This document shows positions 46,738 to 55,430 of a stretch of 64,000 nt of DNA, in pieces. The DNA lies in contig LCHW01000001.1 of assembly GCA_001000675.1 (NCBI GenBank), forward strand, positions 218,294 to 282,293, given 5' to 3'. The notes under the pieces were generated by a model. The model made no database searches. It saw only the letters and a program-made list of their open reading frames with translations, and was not told the DNA's origin. This stretch comes from Candidatus Wolfebacteria bacterium GW2011_GWE2_44_13. GTDB lineage: Bacteria; Patescibacteriota; Minisyncoccia; UBA6257; UBA9933. Every line of letters starts with the position of its first letter. The stretch's first letter is position 1. A program made the position numbers and the translations under genes.

Positions 46738-48432
46738 ATGGAAGGAAATATTTTTTTACAAATAAGCGCATTGTTGGCATTGACCGTATCTATTGCGTTT
46801 TTTGTGCGTCTTTTGAAACAGCCACTCATTGTTGCGTATATTATTGCCGGTATTGTAGCGGGGCCACTCTTTTTTAACTTATTGCACGGGGGTAAGGAGC
46901 TGTATGAGGTTTTTGCGCAATTTGGCGTTATCCTCCTCCTTTTTATTATCGGACTTAACTTAAATTTTAGTCATCTAAAAAGCATTGGGAAGGTTTCGTT
47001 TATAACAGGAATGGGGCAGATTATTTTTACGGTCATTATCGGAACGCTTATTTTGTTGGCACTGCATATGCCACTCGTAACTGCGCTTTATTTAGCAATC
47101 GCTATAACATTTTCGAGTACGATTATTATCATGAAGTTGCTGAGCGATAAGAAAGAAACAGAAACTATTTACGGAAAATATACGATCGGCCTCATGCTGG
47201 TCCAAGATGTTGTTGCGGTAGTTATATTGGTTGCAATTGGCTTCTTACGATACGAGGGCGCACTTATGGATTCTTTAGGGATTTTGATTTTTAAGATAGC
47301 TATTATCGGGGCACTTATCGTTGCCGCTGCAAAGTATCTTCTGCCTAAATTATTAGACCAAGTTTCTTATTCTAGTGAGCTGCTGTTTATTTTTACAATC
47401 GCGTGGTGCTTTGGTGTTTCGAGCTTGGTTTTTCTTTCTGGATTTTCCATTGAAATGGGTGCAATTGCTGCAGGCCTTTCTCTCGGCGCCTCGCCCTATC
47501 AGCCGGAAATTGCAAGTCGTATTAAGCCGCTGCGGGACTTTTTCCTTGTTATATTTTTTGTTGTGTTGGGTGGTGAGATGGCCTTTGCTAGTACAAGTGC
47601 CATATGGCTTCCAGGAATTATCCTTTCACTCTTTATCTTGATTGGGAACCCTATTATCTTATTCCTACTCTTTAGAAGTCTTAAGTTTACGCGAAGGAAT
47701 AGTTTCTTAGCGGGAGTAACGGCGGCGCAGGTGAGTGAATTTGGGTTTGTTATCTTATTTACTGGAGAACAGATGGGGCATCTTTCTGGCACAGAGCTTC
47801 CTGTCTTTACTATTGTTGCGCTCCTTACCATCTTTTTCTCCTCATATCTTATTATGTATAGTGAGCGAGTTTATAATTTCCTACTCCCATTCTTTGCGTT
47901 ATTTGGTAAAGATAAATATTTGCAGGAGAACCAAGTTCCTGCGATATACGATGCGTGGATTGTTGGGTATCACCGCATTGGACGAAGAGTTTGTGATGCG
48001 TTGTCGGAGAAAAAGGTTCCCTTTGCAGTGGTTGATTTTGATCCATCCGCAATAAAGTCATTGCGTCGTCAAAAAATACCATCTTTTTTTGGAGACATTG
48101 CAGATATTGAATTTGTACAAGACTTACCTTTGGTGAATAGTAAATTAGTATTAATCACTATCCCATCTACTGACGATCAAATCGTGCTTATCAATCATTT
48201 GCGCAATGCGAAAAGTACAGCATTGATAATCGCCAATGCGGAGCAACACGCAAATATGCATATTCTCTATCAAGCAGGTGCCGATTACGTCATGATGCCG
48301 CACATGGTGGGAGGGGATTGGATTGCCGATATTATAAAAACAAAAGAGTGGATCCCCGAAACATTCGATGAACTTAAGGCTGATCAAAGAAAGCAAGATC
48401 GAACACTTGGACTTGGAAAACAGATTGCATAA
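46738..48432 (+). CDS. CPA2 (KefB/KefC-like) cation:proton antiporter with TrkA-N domain
   Basis: LKQP.IVAYI..G, FSST, LVQD, QVSEFGF, VGYHRIG. Confidence 0.9.
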   Translation: MEGNIFLQISALLALTVSIAFFVRLLKQPLIVAYIIAGIVAGPLFFNLLHGGKELYEVFAQFGVILLLFIIGLNLNFSHLKSIGKVSFITGMGQIIFTVIIGTLILLALHMPLVTALYLAIAITFSSTIIIMKLLSDKKETETIYGKYTIGLMLVQDVVAVVILVAIGFLRYEGALMDSLGILIFKIAIIGALIVAAAKYLLPKLLDQVSYSSELLFIFTIAWCFGVSSLVFLSGFSIEMGAIAAGLSLGASPYQPEIASRIKPLRDFFLVIFFVVLGGEMAFASTSAIWLPGIILSLFILIGNPIILFLLFRSLKFTRRNSFLAGVTAAQVSEFGFVILFTGEQMGHLSGTELPVFTIVALLTIFFSSYLIMYSERVYNFLLPFFALFGKDKYLQENQVPAIYDAWIVGYHRIGRRVCDALSEKKVPFAVVDFDPSAIKSLRRQKIPSFFGDIADIEFVQDLPLVNSKLVLITIPSTDDQIVLINHLRNAKSTALIIANAEQHANMHILYQAGADYVMMPHMVGGDWIADIIKTKEWIPETFDELKADQRKQDRTLGLGKQIA

Positions 48433-48490
48433 TTACTAATGCATAAAGAGAGGTTTATGGAGCTAAAAACGAACGCACTGCGTTCGTTTT

Positions 48491-49060
48491 TTAATCTGTT
48501 GCTGGGGTATTACGTATAACCGCAATACTGAAATTGTAAGGGATATCATTCCATTCCGCTGCATGGTCTACGCCAACGCGCTTCTTTTTCTCGATGTGTT
48601 CCGCAGGAATTTCGATGTCTCGATCCTCGAGCCATAACCCGTTTTCTTGTATTGCTTGTAACGCATTGAATGAATCGTCAATTTTAAGAAATTGCGTAAT
48701 TGTTTCTGGTCCATCAATATGCTCCAACTCTCCGGTTGGCAAAAGTACGAGTGCGCTTCGTATCAATACTGCGGCGGGATAGTCCTTAGGGCCGGTTACG
48801 ATATGGAGCATCCACCGCATGTCATAGGTAAGATGCGTGTGGAGTATGCCTGCTTCTGCAAACATGGGCTCGTTATGTTCCGCGCGTCCTTCGTATGCAC
48901 GAGATGCTTTATCCTCGGGTCCTTCATACGCTTCTACTTCGGTAATCATAAGCGTCCATTGATGACCGTTATGTTCTCGGATAAGAAATTTGCCCAGAAG
49001 CTCTTGCGCTACAACAGGAGCGGGTCGATTAAGAAAATCATGCTGTAATACGCGTGTCAT
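48491..49060 (-). CDS. DNA-3-methyladenine glycosylase (MPG/AAG family), divergent
   Basis: VA..LLGK, ITEVEAY.G.ED.AS, PAAVLIR, RVGV. Confidence 0.85.
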   Translation of the reverse strand: MTRVLQHDFLNRPAPVVAQELLGKFLIREHNGHQWTLMITEVEAYEGPEDKASRAYEGRAEHNEPMFAEAGILHTHLTYDMRWMLHIVTGPKDYPAAVLIRSALVLLPTGELEHIDGPETITQFLKIDDSFNALQAIQENGLWLEDRDIEIPAEHIEKKKRVGVDHAAEWNDIPYNFSIAVIRNTPATD

Positions 49061-49112
49061 ATGTGTATCGTACAACAAAAAAACCTCCCGATAAAGAAGG
49101 GAGGCTTTTCTG

Positions 49113-49547
49113 TTATTTTTTAGTACTTACCTTGCTTGGCTTTCTGTTGCGTGCGATCACCTTTACGGTCTTTTGTGCCACGTGCTTTGCTTTGGGCATG
49201 GTAATCGTAAGGATGCCATTTTCGCATGTCGCTTCTATTTTATTCTCCTGCACGGGTGCCGGTAGGCGAATCATTCGCTCGAATGAACCCCTTCGGATTT
49301 CTTTTCTCCAATACCCCTTATCTTTCTCCTCTTTTTGTTTTTGCGAAGTTCCTGAGACATGCAAGATACCGTCTTTAACCGACACCTCAATCTTATCCGC
49401 ATCAATCCCCGGGACATGCATTTCTGCGACGATGGCAGCACCCTTTTCGTACATATCCATTGAAGGGCGTGTTATACCGTACTCGAGTTCTTCTCCCTCA
49501 AAAAATCGATCTATATCAAACAATGACTGGTATGGAAGTAGCGTCAT
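49113..49547 (-). CDS. Hsp20/alpha-crystallin small heat-shock protein
   Basis: P.MD.YE, VPG, E.R.GSF.R.I.LP, ENGILTI.MPK. Confidence 0.95.
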   Translation of the reverse strand: MTLLPYQSLFDIDRFFEGEELEYGITRPSMDMYEKGAAIVAEMHVPGIDADKIEVSVKDGILHVSGTSQKQKEEKDKGYWRKEIRRGSFERMIRLPAPVQENKIEATCENGILTITMPKAKHVAQKTVKVIARNRKPSKVSTKK

Positions 49548-49632
49548 ATGTGTTGTGTTAGAGCTAATAATGAAGTCGACCTTTTTTCTTTAGTATAATT
49601 ATACTATAATCGTTATAACAACAACATAAACC

Positions 49633-50184
49633 ATGTCCACCCCTTCCGATCAATCGCATCCGCTTGTTGCCGCACTCGAGGCGTTATTGTTTGTGCATGG
49701 CGATCCATTGGAAGTTAAAAAGATCGCTTCGGTTCTTAAGACTACTGAGCAAGAGGTTGAGGCTGCAATTAGTGGACTCATAGAATATTTACAGCAGGCA
49801 GAGCGTGGCTTGATGCTTGTACGACAGGAGTCTCGTGTGCAGCTTGCTACGAAGCCCGCCTTTTCTTCGCTTGTTGAATATTTAGTAAAAGATGAATTTG
49901 AGGAAAAGTTAACCCCTGCTGCCCTGGAGACACTTTCTCTTATTGCGTATCTTGGCCCTATCTCCCGCGCTCGCGTGGATTATTTACGTGGCGTTAACTC
50001 ATCCTATTCAGTGCGCAATTTGTTAATGCGAGGACTTGTTGAAAAATCTACGGATCCGCAGACACCGCATGTTGTTGCATATCGTGTGAGTTTTGATTTA
50101 TTGAAGCATCTAGGAGTTTCTTCAATCGAAGACCTCCCTGATTATCAAAAATATAAAGCCATTACTGCAGACGCCGAGGCGTAA
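49633..50184 (+). CDS. scpB: SMC-Scp complex subunit ScpB
   Basis: LEALLF, AALETLSLIAY..P..R...DYLRGVNS. Confidence 0.95.
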   Translation: MSTPSDQSHPLVAALEALLFVHGDPLEVKKIASVLKTTEQEVEAAISGLIEYLQQAERGLMLVRQESRVQLATKPAFSSLVEYLVKDEFEEKLTPAALETLSLIAYLGPISRARVDYLRGVNSSYSVRNLLMRGLVEKSTDPQTPHVVAYRVSFDLLKHLGVSSIEDLPDYQKYKAITADAEA

Positions 50185-50236
50185 TAGTGTGGATTTTGAG
50201 GTTTCTGTACATAAAAACCGCTTAGGCGGTTTTTTG

Positions 50237-50318
50237 CCCCGTAGTAGATATTCGCTTTGCTCGCTTGTAGGCGAGCGCAAAACATGCCTGTTTTGCAGAG
50301 CGAATATTTACTACAGGG
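50237..50318. repeat. cruciform palindromic element
   Basis: arms gtagtagatattcgctttgc / gcagagcgaatatttactac enclosing two short hairpins. Confidence 0.65.
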
Positions 50319-50402
50319 TTTTGATTATCAGGGATTCTTTTGCTAGAATGGGCATAGTGTGGGGTAGGAAGTACCCCCTTATTACTTAGTCTATAATTGT
50401 GT

Positions 50403-51389
50403 ATGAGAAAGAGTCGCATTATCTTACTTACGTTATTTATTTCATTATCTTTCGCAGCTTTTCAAGCAATGGGAGAAGAGGGAAATCAATATACTGTTGA
50501 TCAAACCGCTATCGTAAAAGATAGTTTTTCCGATACTATCCCCGAATGGTCCCCAATCATTATTACCGAGGGCAGTGTTTCTGAGGTTGTTTCGCAACCC
50601 ACTTTCGCTACAGGGGGAGTAGCTGCAACATCGAGCGAAAAGCAGGTATGTGGCTTTGGAGTGGGTGCGCGCGAAGGGTTGGTGAGCTACTTAAATACCG
50701 ACACTACGTTGTTTGATCGTAAAACGGAGGGCCGTTGGCCAATCGCTTCTATCACTAAGTTGATGACAGCAATCGTTGCTACTGAATTGGAGATGGAAAA
50801 GCAGACTATTGAAATTACAGAAGCTATGCGTGCAACCGAAGGAGAGGCGGGGAATTTTAAAACAGGGGAGCGTGTTAGTGGAACCGATTTGCTTGTGAGC
50901 ATGCTATTAGTGTCAAGCAATGATGCTGCTGAAGCATTTGCACAGACGTATGGCCGAGATGCCTTCGTGCGAAGAATGAATGCAAAAGCACAGGAACTTC
51001 GTATGCACAATACGCATTACGCTGATCCCTCTGGATTATCCCCGATGAATCAATCGACTCCAAATGATTTGTATACATTAGCGGGATATCTGTATACTGC
51101 ACATCCTGATTTGCTAAAGATTACGCAACAGAAAAAGGCGACCATCACTGATCTCGCTACGAATCGTAAGCGCGTGCTCGCTACCATTAATGAATTTGCA
51201 GGACAAGCTCTTTTTGCTAATTCTGGCAGAGTAACTTTTGTTGGAGGAAAAACTGGTTATATTGCTGAAGCAGAAGGGAACGGAAATTTGTTAACCGTAT
51301 TCACGTATAATAAACAACCATTCGTTATTGTGGTGCTCGGAAGCCCTGATCGATTTGGTGAAACACGAACACTACTCAAATGTATTTAA
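50403..51389 (+). CDS. D-alanyl-D-alanine carboxypeptidase (peptidase S11)
   Basis: ASITKLMT (SxxK), SSNDA (SxN), GKTG. Confidence 0.9.
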   Translation: MRKSRIILLTLFISLSFAAFQAMGEEGNQYTVDQTAIVKDSFSDTIPEWSPIIITEGSVSEVVSQPTFATGGVAATSSEKQVCGFGVGAREGLVSYLNTDTTLFDRKTEGRWPIASITKLMTAIVATELEMEKQTIEITEAMRATEGEAGNFKTGERVSGTDLLVSMLLVSSNDAAEAFAQTYGRDAFVRRMNAKAQELRMHNTHYADPSGLSPMNQSTPNDLYTLAGYLYTAHPDLLKITQQKKATITDLATNRKRVLATINEFAGQALFANSGRVTFVGGKTGYIAEAEGNGNLLTVFTYNKQPFVIVVLGSPDRFGETRTLLKCI

Positions 51390-52459
51390 CACACGCATTT
51401 CTTATTGTAAAAATTCTCAGCTTCTTTATGGCATCATTTCTTGTTGCTATTTTATTAGCTCCGATACTCATCCATTTTTTGTATAAATATAAAGCATGGA
51501 AAAAGAAGCCAAAGGAAAAATCTATTGGTGGATATGATACGCCCGTGTTTCAAAAGTTTCACGCAAAAAAAGAAGTTTCTACTCCGCGCATGGGCGGTAT
51601 CTTAATTTGGGGGACCGTGCTGGTTATCGCAATAATCGATTTTATTCTTGTGCGCATTCTGCCGCATCCGTTATCCGAGCAAGTTGATTTCTTGAGTCGA
51701 TCACAAACATGGCTTCCATTATTCACACTCATAGCTGCATCATTGCTTGGGCTCGTGGATGATATTATGACGGTTCGCAATAGCGGAAATTATGTGAGCG
51801 GAGGATTGCGATTTAAGTGGCGGCTCGCTATTGTTTCTTTAATCGCACTTGTGGGTGCGTGGTGGTTCCATTTTAAACTTGGATGGAGCACGCTCTACAT
51901 TCCTTTTTACGGAAATCTTGAAATCGATGGATTGTATATGGTGCTCTTCGTGTTAACTATGCTCGCTACATTTTCGAGTGGCGTGGTGGATGGATTGGAT
52001 GGATTAGCTGCGGGAGTTATGATTCCGATTTTCACTGCGTTTGGAATTATTGCATATTCGCGCGGACTCTACGATCTAGTCACCTTTATCGTTATTATCG
52101 TGGGTGTGCTGTTTACGTATCTTTGGTATAACGTACCTCCCGCAAAATTTTACATGGGAGAGACGGGTATCCTCGGTCTTACGGCAGTGCTTGCAGTTAT
52201 TGCGTTTCTCACGAACTCAGTTTTCTTCCTTCCTATTATCGGCATCGTACTCGTAATCGAATCACTCTCGGTTATCATACAGCTTGTGTCGAAAAAATTG
52301 CGCAATGGGAAAAAAGTATTTATCGCTGCTCCCATCCATCATCACTTCGAAGCACTTGGTTGGAGTGAGAGTCAGATCACGATGCGCTTCTGGTTGGTTT
52401 CTGGAGTGTTCTCTGGCATTGGATTGATTCTGTATTTTTTGAGTAAGTTCTTGTATTGA
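51380..52459 (+). CDS. mraY: phospho-N-acetylmuramoyl-pentapeptide transferase
   Basis: TPRMGG, GLVDD, DGLDGL, YMGETG, APIHHHFE..GW.E. Confidence 0.95.
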   Translation: MYLTHAFLIVKILSFFMASFLVAILLAPILIHFLYKYKAWKKKPKEKSIGGYDTPVFQKFHAKKEVSTPRMGGILIWGTVLVIAIIDFILVRILPHPLSEQVDFLSRSQTWLPLFTLIAASLLGLVDDIMTVRNSGNYVSGGLRFKWRLAIVSLIALVGAWWFHFKLGWSTLYIPFYGNLEIDGLYMVLFVLTMLATFSSGVVDGLDGLAAGVMIPIFTAFGIIAYSRGLYDLVTFIVIIVGVLFTYLWYNVPPAKFYMGETGILGLTAVLAVIAFLTNSVFFLPIIGIVLVIESLSVIIQLVSKKLRNGKKVFIAAPIHHHFEALGWSESQITMRFWLVSGVFSGIGLILYFLSKFLY

Positions 52460-52460
52460 T

Positions 52461-52491
52461 AAAAAACAGACCCTTTGGGGTCTGTTTTTTT
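52461..52491. terminator. bidirectional terminator
   Basis: aaaaaacagaccc-tttg-gggtctgtttttt. Confidence 0.8.
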
Positions 52492-52496
52492 GGTCC

Positions 52497-52955
52497 TTAT
52501 ATTTCTATCCCTTTGGTACGATAGTAGTCCGAAAGATGTTGCTTGAGGTCAGCCCTTTCTTGCTCGTTTTCTATAATGTGGAATGCTATGGTAACTTGTT
52601 CTAGCTTGGCGCGTACCTCTGGGAAAGGGGATGATGTATTAACTCCTACAACCGTTTCAAGAATGTGCTTGCGCATATTGGTGGTTGACCCAATAGTGAA
52701 TGGCTTACCGGCGCAGAGCATGACATAGACCCCTGGCTTTGCGTCGAGGGCAAAGACTGTTTTTAGGGATAAGTTTGCGATCCCTTGAGGGGAGCGTCCG
52801 ATATCGAGATACCCATTTTTGCGTAATTGATCGATATGGTAGGAAACTGTGTTTGTCGAAGCCACCCCTATTTGGCGGGCAATCTCTCGAAAAGAAGGAA
52901 GTACTCCGCCGTTCTTTTCATATAGCTCTACGATTTGCTTTTGAGGTTTTGTCAT
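52497..52955 (-). CDS. LexA-type DNA-binding domain fused to degenerate GIY-YIG-like domain
   Basis: T..Q...PSFREIA..IG..S..TV..H...L...GYL then PGVY....FTIGST.NMR; no S24 peptidase domain. Confidence 0.7.
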   Translation of the reverse strand: MTKPQKQIVELYEKNGGVLPSFREIARQIGVASTNTVSYHIDQLRKNGYLDIGRSPQGIANLSLKTVFALDAKPGVYVMLCAGKPFTIGSTTNMRKHILETVVGVNTSSPFPEVRAKLEQVTIAFHIIENEQERADLKQHLSDYYRTKGIEI

Positions 52956-52968
52956 TGGATTATATTTA

Positions 52969-53039
52969 GAACACGATTAGAACATTTAAATGCGACATGA
53001 TATAAGGCTCCTTATTTGTTTATAGAACAAGTATAGAAC
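52969..53039. promoter_or_regulatory. two GAAC-N7-GAAC direct-repeat boxes
   Basis: gaac-acgatta-gaac (52969-52983) and gaac-aagtata-gaac (53025-53039), all four half-sites TAGAAC. Confidence 0.6.
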
Positions 53040-53103
53040 GCTTTGGATGTTTGGTCAACTGGTTTGCGGTTCTTTGTTTAGATGTATATATTAACAAGGA
53101 CTT

Positions 53104-53220
53104 AGATTCCGGCTTCCGCCGGAATGACAATACAAAAATACAGCACAAAGATAAGCATCCATATTTTAAGAGGAAGGTTGAGCTCCTTCGTGTGTCATTC
53201 CGGCGGAGGCCGGAATCCAG
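53104..53220. repeat. two GTCATTCC-family REP-like elements upstream of GIY-YIG pseudogene
   Basis: agattccggcttccgccggaatgaca (53104-53129) and tgtcattccggcggaggccggaatccag (53193-53220). Confidence 0.85.
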
Positions 53221-53232
53221 TACAATAAGAAC

Positions 53233-53517
53233 ATGAAATAATATTACGTATATATCCTTGCGAGTAAGCGCAACGGTACATTGTATATAGGCGTGACCAA
53301 TGATTTAAAGAGGCGAGGGTATAAGCATAAAGAAAAACTGGTAAAAGGGTTTACGAAAGTGTATAGCGTGGACAAGCTGGTTTATTTTGAAATGACAGAA
53401 AATATAACAAGCGCAATCGAAAGAGAAAAGCGGTTAAAGGAGTGGAATAGAAAGTGGAAATTAAAGTTAATTGAAAAAGAAAATCCCGAATGGAAAGATT
53501 TATATGGGATGCTCTAA
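53233..53517 (+). pseudogene. small GIY-YIG nuclease gene with TAA at codon 3
   Basis: MK*YYVYILASKRNGTLYIGVTNDL.RR...GFT..Y.V..LVYFE...AI.REK.LK.W.R.WK..LIE..NP.W.DL. Confidence 0.85.
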
Positions 53518-53596
53518 CCTGGATTCCGGCCGGAGTTTATCCATGAACCATGGGGGTGAGCTTGTCGAACCATTGCCGAGCGGGCTCAAAGTGACA
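53518..53596. repeat. nested composite REP-like element downstream of GIY-YIG pseudogene
   Basis: ctggattccggc...gtgaca shell interrupted by cggagtttatcc and ggtgagcttgtcgaacc motifs. Confidence 0.55.
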
Positions 53597-54029
53597 ATAC
53601 AAGAACATAGAGCAAATCCCACTGTTGTAAGATTCTGACCTCCCTGCTAATCGACAGGGAGGCGCCAAAAATGACGATGGGGGCGGTCGTCCACCACCGT
53701 CATTTTCGGGAGGGTTTTGAGGTTCGTTCTTGTCGAGCAATGTGTTACTGGAATTAATTTCTAGGGTTGCTGGGTCGTGTAAAAATGGATTTTCCTATTG
53801 TGCGAGTAACGTAAGTCGCGTATACTTAAAGAAGTATTTTATACGTGGGTAATAAAAATAAATAAAGATCGAGCCTTCCTCTTGCGCGGAAACAATCGAT
53901 ACGCTTGCTCTCCTGCGATACTCTTGCGTGCATCGTTGAGCAATTATAGAAAATCTGTCATCTCCTGTTGCGAGATTATTTTTTGTTTTTATCTCTGTAT
54001 AATAAATTCTTATGTCCGTGCGTTTGCCT

Positions 54030-54075
54030 ACTTAGCACAAAGTCTCTCCTTCTCTGGAGAGACTTTGTGCTAAGT
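54030..54075. terminator. perfect 20-bp hairpin closing the tRNA-linked element
   Basis: acttagcacaaagtctctcc-ttctct-ggagagactttgtgctaagt. Confidence 0.7.
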
Positions 54076-54078
54076 GTA

Positions 54079-54365
54079 TGAGCGGGTAAAGGGAAGCGCC
54101 TACAAGTCTTGTCTCGCCCTGCCTACCGGCAGGCAGGCGTCGCTCAACAAGCTCGCAGGCCGCCCCTGACTTGGCGTTGCTAGCGAGCGAAGTGAGCGTG
54201 CAACGTGCCGAAATGCCGGCGGAATATAGGGTTATAGTGAAGCCGGCCGCGATACGTCCTGCTGGACGCATATCGCTGCGGTCTTCGATTCCCTACACGA
54301 GTGAAGCAGTTCACTCGTTTTACCCGCAAACATAATAAAGCCCCAAAGGGCTTTATTATGTTTTT
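54079..54365. mobile_element. tRNA-Gly-anchored non-coding element bounded by copies of the tRNA 3' end
   Basis: tgagcgggtaaagggaa at 54079-54095 equals 54366-54382; inverted interrupted copy ttcgattccct[hairpin]tttacccgc at 54284-54327; internal cctgcctaccggcaggcagg palindrome. Confidence 0.7.
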
Positions 54366-54367
54366 TG

Positions 54368-54438
54368 AGCGGGTAAAGGGAATCGAACCCTCGCTTCAAC
54401 CTTGGGAAGGTTGCGCACTACCACTATGCAATACCCGC
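54368..54438 (-). tRNA. tRNA-Gly (anticodon CCC)
   Basis: gcgggta/tacccgc acceptor stem, caacc-ttCCCaa-ggttg arm, GGTTCGATTCC T-loop; CCA not encoded. Confidence 0.95.
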
Positions 54439-54497
54439 TGTTCGGATGCTATATTAAGCTTTTGTATTATACGAAAAGAATAGGGGTTACCGCAACC

Positions 54498-55310
54498 TTA
54501 TTTGTTTGTATACGGGAAAGGCACTATCGTATCTCCATTGCGAATAGGAGTTTCTTCGAGTAGTTTTTTGCGAAGGTTTATTGCCTCGTGTAAAAAATCG
54601 ATAACCTCGGCGTTATTGGAATCGATGAGTGCCGTTAGCTCTTCAAGTTTTGTATTAAAGGTGGCGGAATCCGATTGTGTTATTACATTACCCTCGCTTG
54701 TTTGAATATATAACTCGGCAAGCTCTGGTTTGTTTGCGTGTATCGGATATGCTAAATAATCGACTGACCCCGTTATTGTATTAAGAAATCGAATTGATAA
54801 TGTGGTTTGCTTTGGGTGAAATGCTCTTTCAAAATATTGCGCACGAGTTAAGTCGTGAGTGCATGGGTTGCTTATGTTTATTGTAAATGTGTCGATGCGG
54901 TTTTGATATGGCCAACTTTTTGTAATAGTGATTAAGTCCTTTTGCCTACGGAGAGTTAGGATGCTTTTCTCGCCGCGGGTAATTGGAAATGAGTCTGCAG
55001 AATAGCTGTTCACTATTGTGCTTATATCGATTGGTTCGCAATGCATAAGATAGGGATCTACTAAGAATAGTTTTTCTTGTATAGGGCAAAGAACTGAACG
55101 ATGTCGGCCATTAATCATGTCTTCTACGAGATAGGCCTTAGAGAAGCCTGCGGCAATTAACGTATTGCGCAGAGAACGTGCCTGTTCATAACAATTTGAT
55201 CCGAATTTTTTAGACGGACGTTGTCCATCGAGAATATAGAGTGAAGCTGCCGAGCTGTATTGGAACGATAGTGAGTCGATTAGAATTTGCCTTAATTTCT
55301 GGAATTCCAT
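54498..55310 (-). CDS. hypothetical protein with Cys-His-Asp triad (arylamine N-acetyltransferase/transglutaminase-like)
   Basis: FGSNCYEQ, GRHRSVL, FLVDPYL spacing. Confidence 0.55.
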   Translation of the reverse strand: MEFQKLRQILIDSLSFQYSSAASLYILDGQRPSKKFGSNCYEQARSLRNTLIAAGFSKAYLVEDMINGRHRSVLCPIQEKLFLVDPYLMHCEPIDISTIVNSYSADSFPITRGEKSILTLRRQKDLITITKSWPYQNRIDTFTINISNPCTHDLTRAQYFERAFHPKQTTLSIRFLNTITGSVDYLAYPIHANKPELAELYIQTSEGNVITQSDSATFNTKLEELTALIDSNNAEVIDFLHEAINLRKKLLEETPIRNGDTIVPFPYTNK

Positions 55311-55430
55311 ATGCGCATACCATAGCACTGCTGCGCAAAAAGGGGAATACCGCCGCTGGTATTTTGGGGTGCTTTTTGCTATACTTCGATATACACATAA
55401 GCGCCATAAATGGCCTTTTATTTTCGAAGT

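Noticed and set aside
49054-49593. Long antisense ORFs (e.g. opposite Hsp20, the ATPase at 27703-28807, comF)
   Set aside because: Shadow frames of well-supported genes, without independent signals.
53233-53241. Stop-codon reassignment suggested by in-frame TAA here and TAG at 5477
   Set aside because: TAA, TAG and TGA all terminate conserved genes normally in this window, so isolated nonsense mutations are simpler.
53537-53740. 67-aa minus-strand ORF and other short ORFs at 53051-54483
   Set aside because: They run through palindromic repeats or the tRNA and have no recognisable motifs, so they are likely spurious.
54079-54327. A second, intron-containing or split tRNA-Gly
   Set aside because: Only 3'-end fragments are present (one direct, one inverted), with no D-arm or anticodon arm.
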